Below are positions 1-13,013 of a stretch of DNA of 64,000 nt, in pieces (the stretch's first letter is position 1; each line of letters opens with the position of its first letter). Below the pieces are notes generated by a model, which was not told where the DNA came from, ran no database searches, and worked only from the letters and a program-made list of their open reading frames with translations. Origin of the DNA: Phoronis australis (lineage: Eukaryota; Animalia; Phoronida); NCBI GenBank assembly GCA_002633005.1, contig NMRA01000741.1, forward strand, positions 62,001-126,000, in the 5' to 3' direction. A program made the position numbers and the translations under genes.

Positions 1-3000
1 ACTGCTGAGTGGGTGTCGGGGTCGCATCATCCCACAATCTCGATAACTCGATTAAGTTAGGCCCAGAGGGAAAAATTGGGTAAGAAAACAAAAGGTTAGA
101 CAATTAAAGACGTCCAATCAAATAAGTATCAAATTTACGTTTTGGAAAGAAAAGTGGTTCCTGTTGGCTCTTTATCTGTTTGTGATACATTATCCATATC
201 CTTTATCTGAGTGTCTTACCTCAGTTTGTGCTGTAGTCAAAAGGATGGTCGTGGCCATCATGAGTACAATGATTGTCATACTACATACCCGTTTTGATCT
301 TTCTTCGAATGTGGCTAGACCAGATGCCTCGAGCGAAACACATTCAAATCCACCATTTAAACCCTCCTCAGCTTCATAGGAAAGTGTGAGCAGCCACTTC
401 ACGACGACCTCTACCTTTTCTTGCACGGCCGAGATCTTGAGTCTTGGGTGGCGGCTCCTTTACCAATTCCACGCAAGAATGTCATTGCCAGACTCGGCTC
501 TGAGGTATTGAGGGAGGCAAGACTCGTTAGAATCTTGCCTAGACTAAAGGCATCTGATTTTATTTTTGGGCTTGTTGGATGTCCCACTTGAAGTTCCGGT
601 GCCAGGTGTAAGCACTTTTTTCTGCTCTGTATACGTAGCTCTGTGTGTGAAAATGATTGTTATATGGCTAGTTTCAGCACACAAAAAGGTCACACTCGGT
701 GCACCCACAACACCACCGTAGAGAAACAACATGATTAGTTTCTAACACAAACTAATAGTTCCGATCTTTCTTGTCTCATGATTGGTCACTAAAACAGAAG
801 TCGAGTAACTTCTGGCCCACTAACTACTGTATCGACGTATTATTGCTGAGGGGGTGTCAGAGTCGTATCATCCAAAAACCTCCCGGTACTTGTCGATTAA
901 GTTGGGAGCCAGAGAGAAAAATTGGGTAAGAAACCAACAGGTTAGACAAAGATGTCTCATCAAATAAGTATTACAAATTTACGTTTTGAACAGAAGTGGT
1001 TCCTGTTGGCTCATTATTATTTTGTGACACATTCTCCCCTACCCTTTATCTGAGTGTTTCTTATCTTTAATTTTTTATCACTCAGTCCTCTATGCTCTAG
1101 TCAACAAGATGCTCGTGGCCATAATGAATAAAATGATTGACGCAGTACATATACCCGTTTTGATCTTTCTTCTATGTTGCTAGACCAGATGCCTCGGGCG
1201 AAACACATTTAAACCTACCATTTAAACCCTCCTGAGCGGTCATGGGAATGCGTGAGCAGCCACGAGGAGCTATACCTTTTCTTGTATGGCCGAGAGCTCG
1301 AGTCTTTGGTTTGGCATAAGATGGGCGGCTCTTTTACCAATTCCACGCAAGAATGGCATTGCAAGATTCGGCTCTGAGGTCTTGAAGGAGGCGAGACTCA
1401 TTAGAATCGTGCCTAGGCTAAAGGCATCTGATTTTGTGCTCGTTGGATGTCCCACTTGAACTTCCGGTGCCAGATGAAAGCACTCTTCTTTCTGTTCTGT
1501 ATCCACTGATAGCTCTGCATCTGAAAATGATTGTTATCTGGTCAATTTCAACACACAAAAACGTCACGCTCTGTTCAACCACACCTCCAGCGATACACAA
1601 TATTGGCTAGGCTATTTCCTTGCAGAAACTTAACAGTTCGGATCTTTCTTGTCTCATGATTGGTTACTAAAAGTGAGGAGTGAGGTTGAGTAACTTCTAG
1701 TCCACCCACTATCGGAAATTTCCAAAGATAAGCCGATGAGCTTGTATTTGAAAATGAAAATTTTCAGGCGTTTTAGCAACACCAAATCAATGCTCGGGCG
1801 TTTATTCGGAAATGTGGCGTGTAAACGGAAAGTCAAAGTTTTGCTGACATGAAGATTTTTTTACTTAAAACTGGTTTTTTTATATTAGGTTTATAAATGC
1901 TTAGTTTTCCAATACCTTGTTCGTTCTATAAATGCTCCACAAAACTGAATTTGTGACAAAAAAATGACGCTGAGTGGGATTTTAAGAGGAACATTTCCAA
2001 ATAAACGCCCCACTATCTGGAGATTTGAAACCGCAAGTTGTAACACCAAATAAACGCCCATGGGCGTCGAATAAACGCTCATGGGTGTTTCATCTGATGG
2101 TATATCTATGGAAAATCCGGTATTCTACTGGCGAATTACTTCCACAACCTCGACAATTTTCGATTGAGTTAGAGCCAGAGAGAAACATTGGGTATTCGAA
2201 AACAAAAGGTTAATAGACAAAGATGTGCAATGAGCTAAGTAATACAAATTACGTTTTGCACAGAAGTGGTTCCTATTGGTTCTTCATTCGTTTGTAATAC
2301 ATTATCCTTACTCTTTTTCTGGATGTCTCTCAGCTTTAAATTTTTTTGTCACTCAGACGAAATGAGTACCTTTTCTTGCACGGCCGAGAGCTCGAGTCTT
2401 CGGTTTGGCATGAAATGGGCTGCTCCGTTACCAATTTCATATATGAATGTTATAGCCAGTCTCGTCTCTGGGGTCTTGAGGGAAGCATGACTCGTTAGAA
2501 TCTTTCCTAGGCTAAAGGCATCCGATTTTGTGCTCGTTGGATGTCCCACTTGAACTTCCGGTCCCAGATGTAATGTTTCTTCTTTTTTCGCTGTATTCAT
2601 AGCTCTGTATCTGAAAATGATTGTAATCTGGTTGATGTCAGCACAGAAAAAAGTCACGCTCGGTTCACCCACAACACCACCGGCGAGATACAATATTGAC
2701 TAGACTAGTTCCTATAGCAAAAACTGAACAGTTCCGATATTTGGTGTCTCATGATTAGTCACTGAAACTGAGGTCGAGTAACTTCTGGCCCACCCTTTTC
2801 TATACGGGCGTATTACTGCTGAGCGGATGTCTGGGTCGCATCATCCCACAACCTCAATATTTGTCGATTGAGTTAGGCCTAGAGAGAAAAATTGGGTAAG
2901 CAAACAAAAAAGGCTAGGCAAAGATGTCCAATCAATTTATTATTACAAATGTACGTTTTGAACAGTAGTGGTTCCTGTTGGCTATTTATCCGTTTGTGAT

Positions 3001-3450
3001 CATCTCCCTACCCTTTGTCTGAGTGTCTTTTAGCTTTAAAAATTTTTGATCACTCAGTCTTCGGTCTAGTCACCGGGATGTTCGTGGCCATAGGGAATAC
3101 AATGATTAACACAGTACTTTCCTGTTTTGATCTGTCTTCTATGTGATTAGACGAGATGCCTCTGGTGAAACACATTCAAATCTACCATTTAAACCCTCCG
3201 CAGCCACTTGACGACGACTTCTACCTGAGAGCTCGAGTCTTTGGTTTTGGTATGAGATGGGCGGCTCTTTTACCAATTCCACGCAAGAACGTCATTGCGA
3301 GACTGTCTCTGGGGTCTTGAGGGAGGCAAGACTCGTTAGAATCTTGCCCAGGGTAAAGGTTCCGATTTTGTGCTCGTTTAATTTCCCAATTGAATCTCAG
3401 GTGCCAGATGTTAGCACTTTTTTTCTCGTCTGTACGTGATAGTCGGATTT
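1..3450 (-). repeat. Tandem array of ~4 diverged ~0.65-0.87 kb units, each carrying a decayed protein-kinase C-lobe module
   Basis: The motif ctgctgag..gtcgcatcatcccacaacctc recurs at ~1, ~842, ~2144 (partial) and ~2815. The downstream blocks agtggttcctgttggc, gtggccat, ccatttaaaccctcc and gttggatgtcccacttgaa recur in the same order, with deletions in some units. The array probably continues left of the window. Confidence 0.9.
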
Positions 3451-3560
3451 TTATTTGTTTCAATCTCAGGTCACCTTTTAAGTAATGAATGACTTCGCCT
3501 TTTCCAATTTTAATTTCATATCTGCCCCAGTAGCTAGATCTTCCAAACATTTTATGATGT
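190..3560 (-). pseudogene. Fragmented/frameshifted protein-kinase-like pseudogene copies (subdomains VIII-XI plus hydrophobic tail)
   Basis: Minus-strand peptides HLAPEVQVGHPTSTKSDAFSLGTIL (1270-1506) and HLGPEVQVGHPTSTKSDAFSLGKIL (2349-2693) match the kinase APE and SDxxSxG motifs. Copies 1 and 4 are frameshifted or stopped. Copy 4 has an upstream EVIHYLKGDLR, a degenerate catalytic-loop region. No intact HRD/DFG or N-lobe is seen. Confidence 0.7.
1710..2122. mobile_element. ~410-bp MITE with imperfect TIRs inserted in the kinase repeat array
   Basis: Left end tatcggaaatttccaaagata; right end reverse-complements to taccggattttccatagata. The sequence is absent from the other units at the homologous point. 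TA ends suggest Tc1/mariner-pogo type. Confidence 0.6.
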
Positions 3561-6500
3561 ATTTTGCCCCCACAGTGATATCTACAAAAGCTCTCACTGC
3601 AGAGTGGCATTTGGATTCCCGTTGAAACCCTTCACATCGTGGTCTTACATGCTTGATTTCGGTTACGAAAAATTTTGATGTGACATTGGAAGTTTTTCTT
3701 CTCCAATTCGTGTCCTTTAATCAAGAAATAAACGCAAAAATGGAAAAAGTCTCCCCATTGTGTTCTACACCAGTCTCTATCTGTAGTAGTCTCGAATACT
3801 GAATTCAAACTGAGTATTTTGAAACGTTGAATGTGGGGAAAGTGCAGTAATCGTAATCGGACTGACAGAGTTCCATTGTTTGCGTTTCTAAAAGACCCTA
3901 AGGTCGTCCAGAATTGGCACAGCCGAGTTCGTGCATCGGACACCAGTATGACAGTACAGTGGTCAGCCCATTTTGAAGAATCGTGCTTCGATCCGTCGGA
4001 AAAACGGTAATTTGATGAAGGTTTCTCCAACGTGTAGCCTAAGTGCAATTGATGGAGAAGAAATATACTGTGTTGTATCGTTGCTGTAGTTGCCAACCAC
4101 ATACGCAGAGTATGAGTCTCGGCATCAAAAATTGTGACTGGGATAATGAATGAGATTACAGTAAGTTTCTTTCAAACTATTGTTCAAGATTTTGTGAAAA
4201 TGCATGCTATCCACAAATCGATGCCCATTAATAGAAAGTGGGAAGAAGATGTTATTAAATCGTTTGATGTCATGACCGCAGCCGGCACATGGGTTGGAGT
4301 CGGACACTGGACCGAAATAATTTACGAATCCCAACCCTGCAAATTTTTCGTAATTTTGAAACAGACAAACAGAAGTAAATATCATTTACCGGAAGTGAAA
4401 TCCAGCTAGCATTATTATAATTAGGTATGTATCATCGTTTCTGACAAACGCACTCGGCTTTCGAAGAAATTAAATCAGTGTCCCCTAATCGCGACTGGGC
4501 TTTGACAATCAGAGTAAATACTAGGGATAAGACGGTAAACAAAAATTTCGGCTAGGTACGATTTCTGTTCCGTTCACAAATCAAGATTCAAAATAATGTA
4601 TTCTGTTTTGAAACTGTATTTTAACAACAACAACAGATTTCTAGAACTTGGTTCAATTTTTTTCAGAAAAATTAGCTTATCAACGTTTTGGTGACAGTGA
4701 AGCCAGCTGTTGTTGAACCTAAAACAAAGACATTATTACCTTGCTTCAGTTATCAGATGGAAGAAGCCAAAAGTATATCACCCCCTCACCAGCAGAAGAA
4801 CTTTTTTCTTGATTTAGTGGCAGTAGGCCTATATACACACAACGTACCGAGAGTGGCGGTAGATGAAGGAATAATGTCAAGTGGGGTATTGCTTCATCTA
4901 CGCCAATCGAGGTACGTTTTGTATTTATCCCTTACGCTTCAAATTTCTAAGTTCCTTTTATTTTTTCGACAGATTCTTTAAATACTTCGCTCAGACTTTT
5001 CTTGTGGCGGATCACATCCTATATGTATGTACTTGCGCGTTAGTTTGCAACTTTTCCCTTGTAAAAGAAACAGTTTTCAGTTTTAAATGTAACGATTTAT
5101 TACTTGAAAAAGAGATAACAAAGATGAAAACAACGGTAACTGTGCATTGAACTTGCAACATCTCCTGAAAATAGTTAAATAACAACAATGTAATTGATAT
5201 TGTAGTTACAGAGGCGAGGAGTTGGCGTCCGAGTTGCAAACGATATAATATTTAGCAATTGAAAACTGAGACAGAACTGTCATATAATTAACAGTCCTGT
5301 TCCAGATATTACGATTGGGAGCTGATTGCATGTCGAGTGTTATTTTTACTGCTGCAATTGTATTACTTTAAACTATTTTTGGAAAGTTTGATGATCGACC
5401 CGGCTGACGACGTCGAGTCGACATTGACCTACCTTTTGAACTTTCCATGTCAGAGTTCACTGTTGAAGTAGTGCTGGAGGTGAATACGGAAAACATTATT
5501 GCATGGTCGTTTTGCACTCCATTGATTCAACGCGTGGGATAAAGGGCTTTAATAATCACTCTGAAATTGAAATTAGGACTGTCCGCAGACTGTTTAGACT
5601 CCGGCTCGGCTTCACTCGCCGGCGGAAGACACCGTTGCTTGAGGGTCGATTTCGTGCGGCTTCAAATTAACACGCAAACTTTGCCGATACAGCGAAGTTT
5701 AACTCATTACTTGTTTCACTTTTTGGCCTTTGTGTCGTCTTCGCCCCCATATCTATACCTAGTTGTCCTCCTAATATTCGTCAATTAAGATTGCTCTCCA
5801 AGTTTTCGTAACTTACAAAATCGCTATTATCCGCCAATGCATAAATACTCTCATCTGATCAACGTTTTCCACTGATGGCATCACGTGGCTGGAAACCAAA
5901 AATAAGTGCTTGTTTAGTTAGATTTCGTGTTATGAAATTATTATACACAGTTTCTAACATCAGAAAGTATAAAATTTACTGTAAGAACGCTTTAACTTTG
6001 GACCCCTGTTTTAAGTCTGTGCTCTAGTCAACAGGAGGCTCGTGGCCATAATGAATAGAGTGATTGACAAAGTGTGCGAACCACAAATATTGGAAGTGGA
6101 AACGGAAGGGCATAACAAAGTAGATTACTGTAACGGAATTTGCGTTTTCTGTAGGTTGAAGACGAACCGCTCTTTTTGTTGGTGTGTAATGCTTATGCAG
6201 ACCTGCGTCAGTAGTATGTGAATGTAAATTTTGATAACCATAACCTTATCCTGTACTTCAAGAATGTTACGAAGACTCCTGTGGTCGATTGCATGAAACA
6301 GTCCCTAAATATTTTTTTGCGTATTAATATTTTTATGGACTTGCATTTGCAATATTTTTATCATTTAATCTTGATTATGAGCTCCTCTTTGGTTTATGAC
6401 GTTTTCTAATAATATTACTAAAAACTGTCCCCAGAGTCTATTGAAAATGAAAGTGGACTTAGTCCTTTAATTTGGAGTGTTGCATGAACAAATCCCTAAT

Positions 6501-8099
6501 TATTTTCGATAATATTGCCACTTTGGATTTGTATCAAAGTCAAAAGTTGATTTAGTAATGAAACTAAAACTATACAAGAAAGGGCAATCGGTGTTTTCAC
6601 AAGTCCAAAAATACACAGTAGATTTAGGGAACTTAGTCGAGTCTCTATTTGAGACTTTTTCACGCAAGCGATCACAGATGTAAAGTTGGTATATTTAGTC
6701 ACAGTGCGTAGAGAACAATTATTTTAACTCGATGTTTTGTATTTAACAGTGCTTGTTTGCATATTTTTTATTGTACTTCGGGCCTCCGGCCTCGAATAAA
6801 ATAAAGTAAATGATTGGCACAGTGCATACCTGTTTAGATTGTTCCCCGATGCGTCTGGTCTACCGTGTGCATTATTGTTTCACGCACACCCGTAAGTTGT
6901 CACCCCTGTATACAACGTGACTTGTTAGAATGAAGATGGTGATACACACAACTGTATGATTTGTCTCTGCAAGTTCGTGCTGTCAGCCTCCGAACTCAAC
7001 ATATTGCCGTTTCTGGAATAACCCGGCGAACCTGTAATTCCATAGGATACTTGGATTGAACATAGTATCATTGAGCTTTACTAAATTACTGCTAAAATAG
7101 GGCCTCGAGCAAAATAGGGGTCCCTTGCAGAAACGTGAACCAAAACAAATTTTTGTTTGGAACTTTTAAGTGAATAGTTGCGCCAGTCGAGAACAAGAAG
7201 TGTTGGTGCAATGCTTTTAGTATACAGCATGATTTTCTATACTGTTAATTTATTTTTAGCGGAGCTTTGTATTGCTGTAAATTGGCAATATTGTCAACGG
7301 TTGCGTAAACGTCAATGTCAGCGTGGTCAGAATTGGAGTGGAAAATCTCCATCACGTAGATGTACGTTTGTAGCTTAGTTTACGTGAACGTTTCTTGAAA
7401 GAAAAATAACTATCTCACGATTACCAGGATTCGTCTTACATTGGTTGAATGTTTGTGCAAATGTGCCTGTTTAATTTTTTTGTTTATTGAGGCCTTTAAT
7501 ACAAATAAACGTATTGATTCGTCTTGGTAATCTAATGATACGATATAAAATGTTGAGCACCTTGTAATGTATGCATAAGTCTTCTACTTACATATGCTAT
7601 ACACATGATATTGTCTCAAGTCGGACATTTAGTCATACATTCAGTTGTCTTGTGGTTAAAATGAAACAAACATATTACAGCGGTCATCAGGGAAGAAAGG
7701 GCTGCAGTTTGAAGGTACTTATCTGTATTTTTTATCTTTACTTGTACTTGTTTTAGTCATAATAAATGACCTTATATCGCCTACCTCTGTCTCCTTTTCA
7801 TCTCTGGTAACGAGCTTGCGACGTACGTATCATTTATCTATTATTTGGAACATATGTTAATCATAACTATTATTCGAGACATATGTCGATCATAAACTTT
7901 CATTTCACTATAGCTCCGGTAAACGAAGGAGTATCTCAAAAATAAAGCAGAAGTCTCTACATTGTTCTGAACAGTGATAACATGACGATTCTATCCCTGA
8001 GTCACCTGCGAGTGCTCCACATTATCTGAGCCTAATTCTGAAAGCAAGTCAAAAACTTTTGAAAATTTTTTGCACGATCAATATCAAAATATTCACGAA

Positions 8100-8760
8100 G
8101 GATTTGGGACAGTTGTGTTTAAAGACGAAACGTCCAACTGAATCCACAAAGGTTTTTCAGATTTCCAACATTGGGATGGTCCATTTGAAAAATCAAAGCG
8201 ATCATTCAAAGAGTCAGGTCCTACATTGCTCAAAAGTGATCTTTCCAGAAAAGTTAAAGGGGAAGGCCAAGAGTAGTTAGCATATTCCTTAATAACTGGG
8301 TGTGTCTATTGTTTTGTTTACATGCTTTTTTCAATATTCATTTGTTACGAGCGACTTTTACCATCTGCGAAACCCAGCTCTCAGTTGAAATATTGAAGAA
8401 GGAATGTCCATCCGATATTGACGAAGACTTTATTGGTGAAATGCTGCATTTCCATACTTGTGTGACGTAGAATGACTGACTGGGCTGGTCAAAAAGATTT
8501 CAAGTACTTGTATCAAATAATCTGAAAAGTTTGAATTAAATCAGCGTCCCCAAACACGGAATATGAGTTGATAACGTTTGTGAGTGTCATGGTCACTAAT
8601 TACCCTTTAGAATGATATTTTCACAATTTAAAGGAATAGAAAGTGTAGTGAGATTAACGACATCGGTTTCGCAAGAAAAAGTATATGCATTACCTATAAT
8701 GTGCGCGGAAAGGTGAAAGTTAAGATGTCTTGACTCTGAAAGCAGAATTGAAGAATTTAA
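8100..8760 (+). mobile_element. Degraded, internally deleted hAT (ZMYM1/TTF zinc-finger type) transposase relic
   Basis: ~8275-8330 reads *LAYSLITGCVYCFVYMLF (TTF zinc-finger motif WLxYS...VYCFxCxLF). ~8541-8758 reads SASPNTEYELITFVSVMVTNYPLE*YFSQFK...VSQEKVYALPIMCAER*KLRCLDSESRIEEF, matching the hAT dimerisation domain (FPN..ALRIFLT.VT..ERSFS.LK..MSQE.L..L). Stops and frameshifts are present. Confidence 0.75.
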
Positions 8761-8879
8761 ATCCTATTTGATCGCAGCCAATTTGGCCAGCCTGCCAAGC
8801 GCTTGTCGGCGCGCGACGCTATTGACTTACCTCTGCTCCGAGAGACAACGAGTACTTTCGGTCCTCGATCACACCAACT

Positions 8880-9440
8880 GACACCTACGATGAACTAGTT
8901 TCACCTTTTCACTCTCACTTAGAGAGAAAGTTTTATGTCTCGGCATAAGTTCCGCCAAAGGTCCCAGCGAGCTGCTGAGACTGTCCAGAACTTTGTTATT
9001 GTGCTGATCAGCTGAGCATCCAATGTAAGTTCTACCAGCTCCGAGAACAATTGGTCCATGGCCAACTCATTGCGAAAACTCACTCTCCAAAGATTCTCGA
9101 ACGTCTCCTCATGGAACCAGATACTCTCATATTAACTCCAGCGGTGAAGCTGGCAGAGACTAGTGAGCTGACTACCACACAGTCCCGTGAAATGGCATCT
9201 GCTACGCAGCATAGCTGTGCTCCAAAACTGAAACAAGGAACTCTAAATAATATCGTACGAATTCTGGACAACACCGTGTGAACTCTAAACACCAAATGAA
9301 TGGCTCACCACCTGAAAATAAAAACTGTAGGAACTGTGGTTCGAATAGTCACAATATACATGCAGTGATCTGCCTGGCAAAAAAGTAAAAGTGCACCTCC
9401 TGTCACTGAATCGGACATTTTCCGCAATTTATCCTCAGTG
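8880..9440 (+). mobile_element. Ty3/Gypsy LTR-retrotransposon gag relic
   Basis: From 8941 reads RHKFRQRSQRAAETVQNFVIVL, then QCKFYQLREQLVHGQLIAKTHSPKILERLLMEPDTLIL..AVKLAETSE. ~9325-9435 reads CRNCGSNSH..CLAKK*KCTSCH*IGHF (paired gag zinc knuckles). No pol or LTR seen. Confidence 0.75.
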
Positions 9441-10744
9441 TTGCTTAGTAGTTTGGGGCTTTTGGGAGACCCGTGTTCAAATGCTGACTTTAGTTGCAGG
9501 CAATGGAGTATTATTTGCGTTGTGGCTAGTTCGACAGACCTTTTGGGCGTCTGTATTGGTGATTTGATGGTACTACACATACAAACATTTTGGTGTACTT
9601 TGATATGTTTTGGAATGAGTGACATCACGGTATGCCTTTTTGGTCATTGGAGAGGAAACAGCTCAGTGGGATGTTCTTTATGTAAGTTTCATCTCTTATC
9701 TGGTACAGACTGTACTTGACCCTTTCTCTGCCTCCTTTTTTCTCTTGTGGCTTGTTTGAAAGAGTTGTCTTTGTGGGTGACAAAAACCAGAATGATATCG
9801 TCATAATCTCTAGTTAAGAACGTCCTCCCATACTATCCACACGTGCAGTTTTGTGGCTTGGATGAACACACTCGATGAATGTTGTTTACATGTTTTCTGG
9901 GTCTATAACCTCTCTTGTAGCTTGTGGACTGTCCTGTTCTAAGACGTCTGCTTCGGAAAGTTTCTGCAGAAGGTGGATTCGATTCGATTTGTCTGTGCAT
10001 GAGAGCATTGCCCCACTGCCAGCAAAGATTGCTCTTGGTATTAGGGTGAATTCATAGTGGCTGATAGCATGTTTCTGGTCGATTTGCCCAGCAGGCTACA
10101 ACTCCTGTTGTTCTCGTCATTGATCCTCAGCCTTGTTACTGCCAAACTTATCTGCCATCCGACTGTCAAAGGCAAAATGCATTTCCATTGAGTAGAGGAG
10201 AACTGGATTCCAAAGTGAACAGTGGAAATAATAACGAAATCTTCAAAAGATATGTCTCAAGTGTCTTTTCAAAAAGATATAGATATACACTGTAAATGTA
10301 CGTGTAGGTTAATCTGCGTTTCTGTGATTCATTTAAATATTCTGGGGGCTAGTATCTGCTATTAAAATCATTTAGATTACTGTATCATTTTAGAAATAGT
10401 GTTTTTCAATTCTTTACCCCACAAAATGTGGGTGCAGCCATTAAAACTAACATTCTAAGTGACCCAAGAGCAGAAATACTGAGCAAAATGCATTTTACGG
10501 GCGCCATTTGTGAAATTTCAAGATGGCCGCCAATAAAATTAAAATTTCCAATTCATTGACTTCTCAGTGACCCAAGGGCGAATATATTGGGCAAAATCCA
10601 TTTTACCACCATTTGGCCACCGAAAAATGGAATTAATTATTTTCTGATTCGTCATTCCGGATGAGGTTTCCAAAAATATTTAGTTTCCACTTTCCCCAAA
10701 AAATTCCATCGTATGTCCTTATTTGTACATAGTGAACCTGACTA
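9440..10744 (-). mobile_element. Academ-like (XPG/PIN-nuclease-carrying) DNA transposon relic with one terminus
   Basis: Minus-strand peptides IDQKHAISHYEFTLIPRAIFAGSGAMLSCTDKSNRIHLLQKL (~10085-9960) and TRDYDDIILVFVTHKDNS..KQATREKRRQ..YQIRDETYIKNIPLSCFLSND (~9815-9645) resemble the XPG/PIN-like region of invertebrate Academ proteins. Non-coding 10400-10744 ends ...gaacctgacta, a TAG-starting terminus as described for Academ TIRs. Confidence 0.6.
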
Positions 10745-12539
10745 TATTAGAGTAAGCAATTATTTTGATATATGATTAGAAAAACTCGAGTCACTTTCAC
10801 AATCTCTTAGATGAAGCTGTGCTTAATCATTGAGGAATGGTAGGGTTCGTCCTAGAACAGGAACTTGTTACGAAATTTACAATTTCTGTGTTTCTAACCC
10901 TCATGTACTATAATGAAGGTTAAAAAGTAATGTTAACACACTATAACAAAAAGAACTGCGGAATATGTGAGCCTGGGCAACACAGCGATTTTTTCGATAT
11001 TTAAACAAACTAAACGTTTGGATATTAACTGGGTTCTGCCATGTTAAAAAGGGTAAAAAATGTAGGAATCCCCAATTGAAATTCAGTAACACAAATGGTG
11101 ATTGCAACTGGAAGTATTGCCTTTTAATAAAAACATGGTGCTTATTATCATCAAAGAAAAATAAATGACCAAACAGCATCATGTTGCCATGAGATGCAAA
11201 AACAGTGATGTAGTGTACTCGCCCTAATGCTAACAAATACCATGCAATTAAAATATTACTTGGTAAGTGAGCAACATTGGTCACAGACAGTTTCCTTCCT
11301 TGTGTTAGGTTAAAAGGGTGCATATTACAAATACTTTTGTTTTGTGTGATATATTAGCATTTGTGTAGTGTACGTATTTTAACATGTGCCTACTTTCAAA
11401 GGATGACAGATATGCTTATGCTTTACTTTTTACTCTTTTCTCTTTGAATAGAATTGATGAATGAACTAACTCTCAGTAGATTCTAAATATTGAGTTACAA
11501 GCCTGACATTTCACTGAAATGTAGTCGGGTGTACGTTACCCTGTGTAGTGTACGTAACTTCAACCTCTGTGCTATAAAATTTTGCCTCCAAGTACTTACA
11601 CATACTGCTATTCGCATGAACAATACTGGTATATCCAAAATGCATCCAGTCTGGCAAAAAAACAAGTGTATCAAATTATTGGGCACTAGAATGTCACACA
11701 GGACTTAGCTAGAAACATCCTAGAAAACACGTCATGTGACTACTGATGTTGCAAAGGTCCATCTCTCAAGACACCTTGCATCAAACCAACAAGTAGCGCC
11801 AGTACAAATCTTGAGACCATCCGAAACATTTATAACTTTGTCAAAATTTGATATGGATTGAGTGTACAGTACGTAATTATGCAGTGTACGTAACCCCAGG
11901 CCGGTATCATTTTTCCTGTTTACAAGTTGAACACTGGACCAAGAATTGCTTTAACTATTTTGACCAGCTGGTGAATGTATTGAAAGCTAGGCAAATAGTA
12001 TAAATAAAGTTTTTGGAACGATCGTAGACATTTATCGTTTTCTTTTTGTAAGAACCATGTGGTCGCCGAATAATTGACCTTGATTGGGATTTACCTGATT
12101 AAAAAAGCTTGATCATGTTTTAAGGAAATTTGAAACTTTCGAAATCATTGTCACGTCTAAATGCCTTTAGGTTACGCTTACCACCTATAGGCAGCGGTAT
12201 TATCTACTGCCGGCTTCCCGATTCCCGAGCAGATGATACAAATCATTCGACAATGTGTGGGCCATTACACCGCAAACTATGGCAAAAGTATATATGCAAT
12301 TGGTTGGTAAGAAGTTTTGGATGGTAACGGTTCTAAACATACTTCGCTTGTACTAAACAAACATTTCACCCTAAGGCCTACATTCCTTAGCAACAAGCAG
12401 CACGCAACAACGAAAGCAAACAACTCCCACGCATGTACGGCGCAAACTCAGCCGCGCGTGAGCTAAATTAGCATTCCAGTCAGTTAGGGGAAAATGACTT
12501 CAGCCACCTTTTGTTAAAATCAATGACTCCGAATGTTAA

Positions 12540-13005
12540 ACTTGCACTTGCGGGTGGTGTTCTATATGGTGACAAATATGCGGGATAAGGTTAATTTTCA
12601 TGCCTGAAACATTAGTGTGAACACCAGCTTCCCAGTCGTAACTCATTTGCATAAAAAACAATTCTGAAAGCTGTTGACTTGAGTCGATCATTACAAGGTT
12701 CTGTAAAGGAAGCTGGCAAACCTTTGTGTTGGATGCTTTCCAAAACAATATAGTTGAAGCAACTATTAAACCTATTTACATCATAAAAACAACTTTGATT
12801 TAGATCTCATATCGTCATGAAATTGGCCGTTCTCAAATTGTTGGTTTACGACATGGCGTCTTCCTGAGGATTTAATGACAACTTTGTCGAAGCATTTTCT
12901 AAAAAGCAGGTTTAATGCAGTAGATGGTGTGACCATTGTAAGCAATAAGAACATAATGGCCACAAGAAGCTTCTATTTCTTCAGTTGAATTTCTTGCCGG
13001 GTTCA
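12540..13005 (-). mobile_element. Possible second, highly decayed Academ-like C-terminal fragment
   Basis: Frame-hopping minus-strand peptides STEEIEASCGHYVLIAYNG / LNLLFRKCFDKVVIKSS / GQFHDDMR / LVMIDSSQQLSEL loosely follow the order of Academ C-terminal motifs. The match is weak. Confidence 0.3.
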
Positions 13006-13013
13006 GTTCTATG

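Noticed and set aside
3632-4409. ORFs 3632-4102, 4125-4385 and 4134-4409 as genes or kinase N-lobe
   Set aside because: No recognisable motifs beyond a weak HIKIF resemblance to VAVK, which is not enough to call.
10840-12110. Possible DNA transposon with repeated gtgtacgtaac motifs
   Set aside because: It looks repeat-like, but I could not define TIRs, a TSD or a coding relic.
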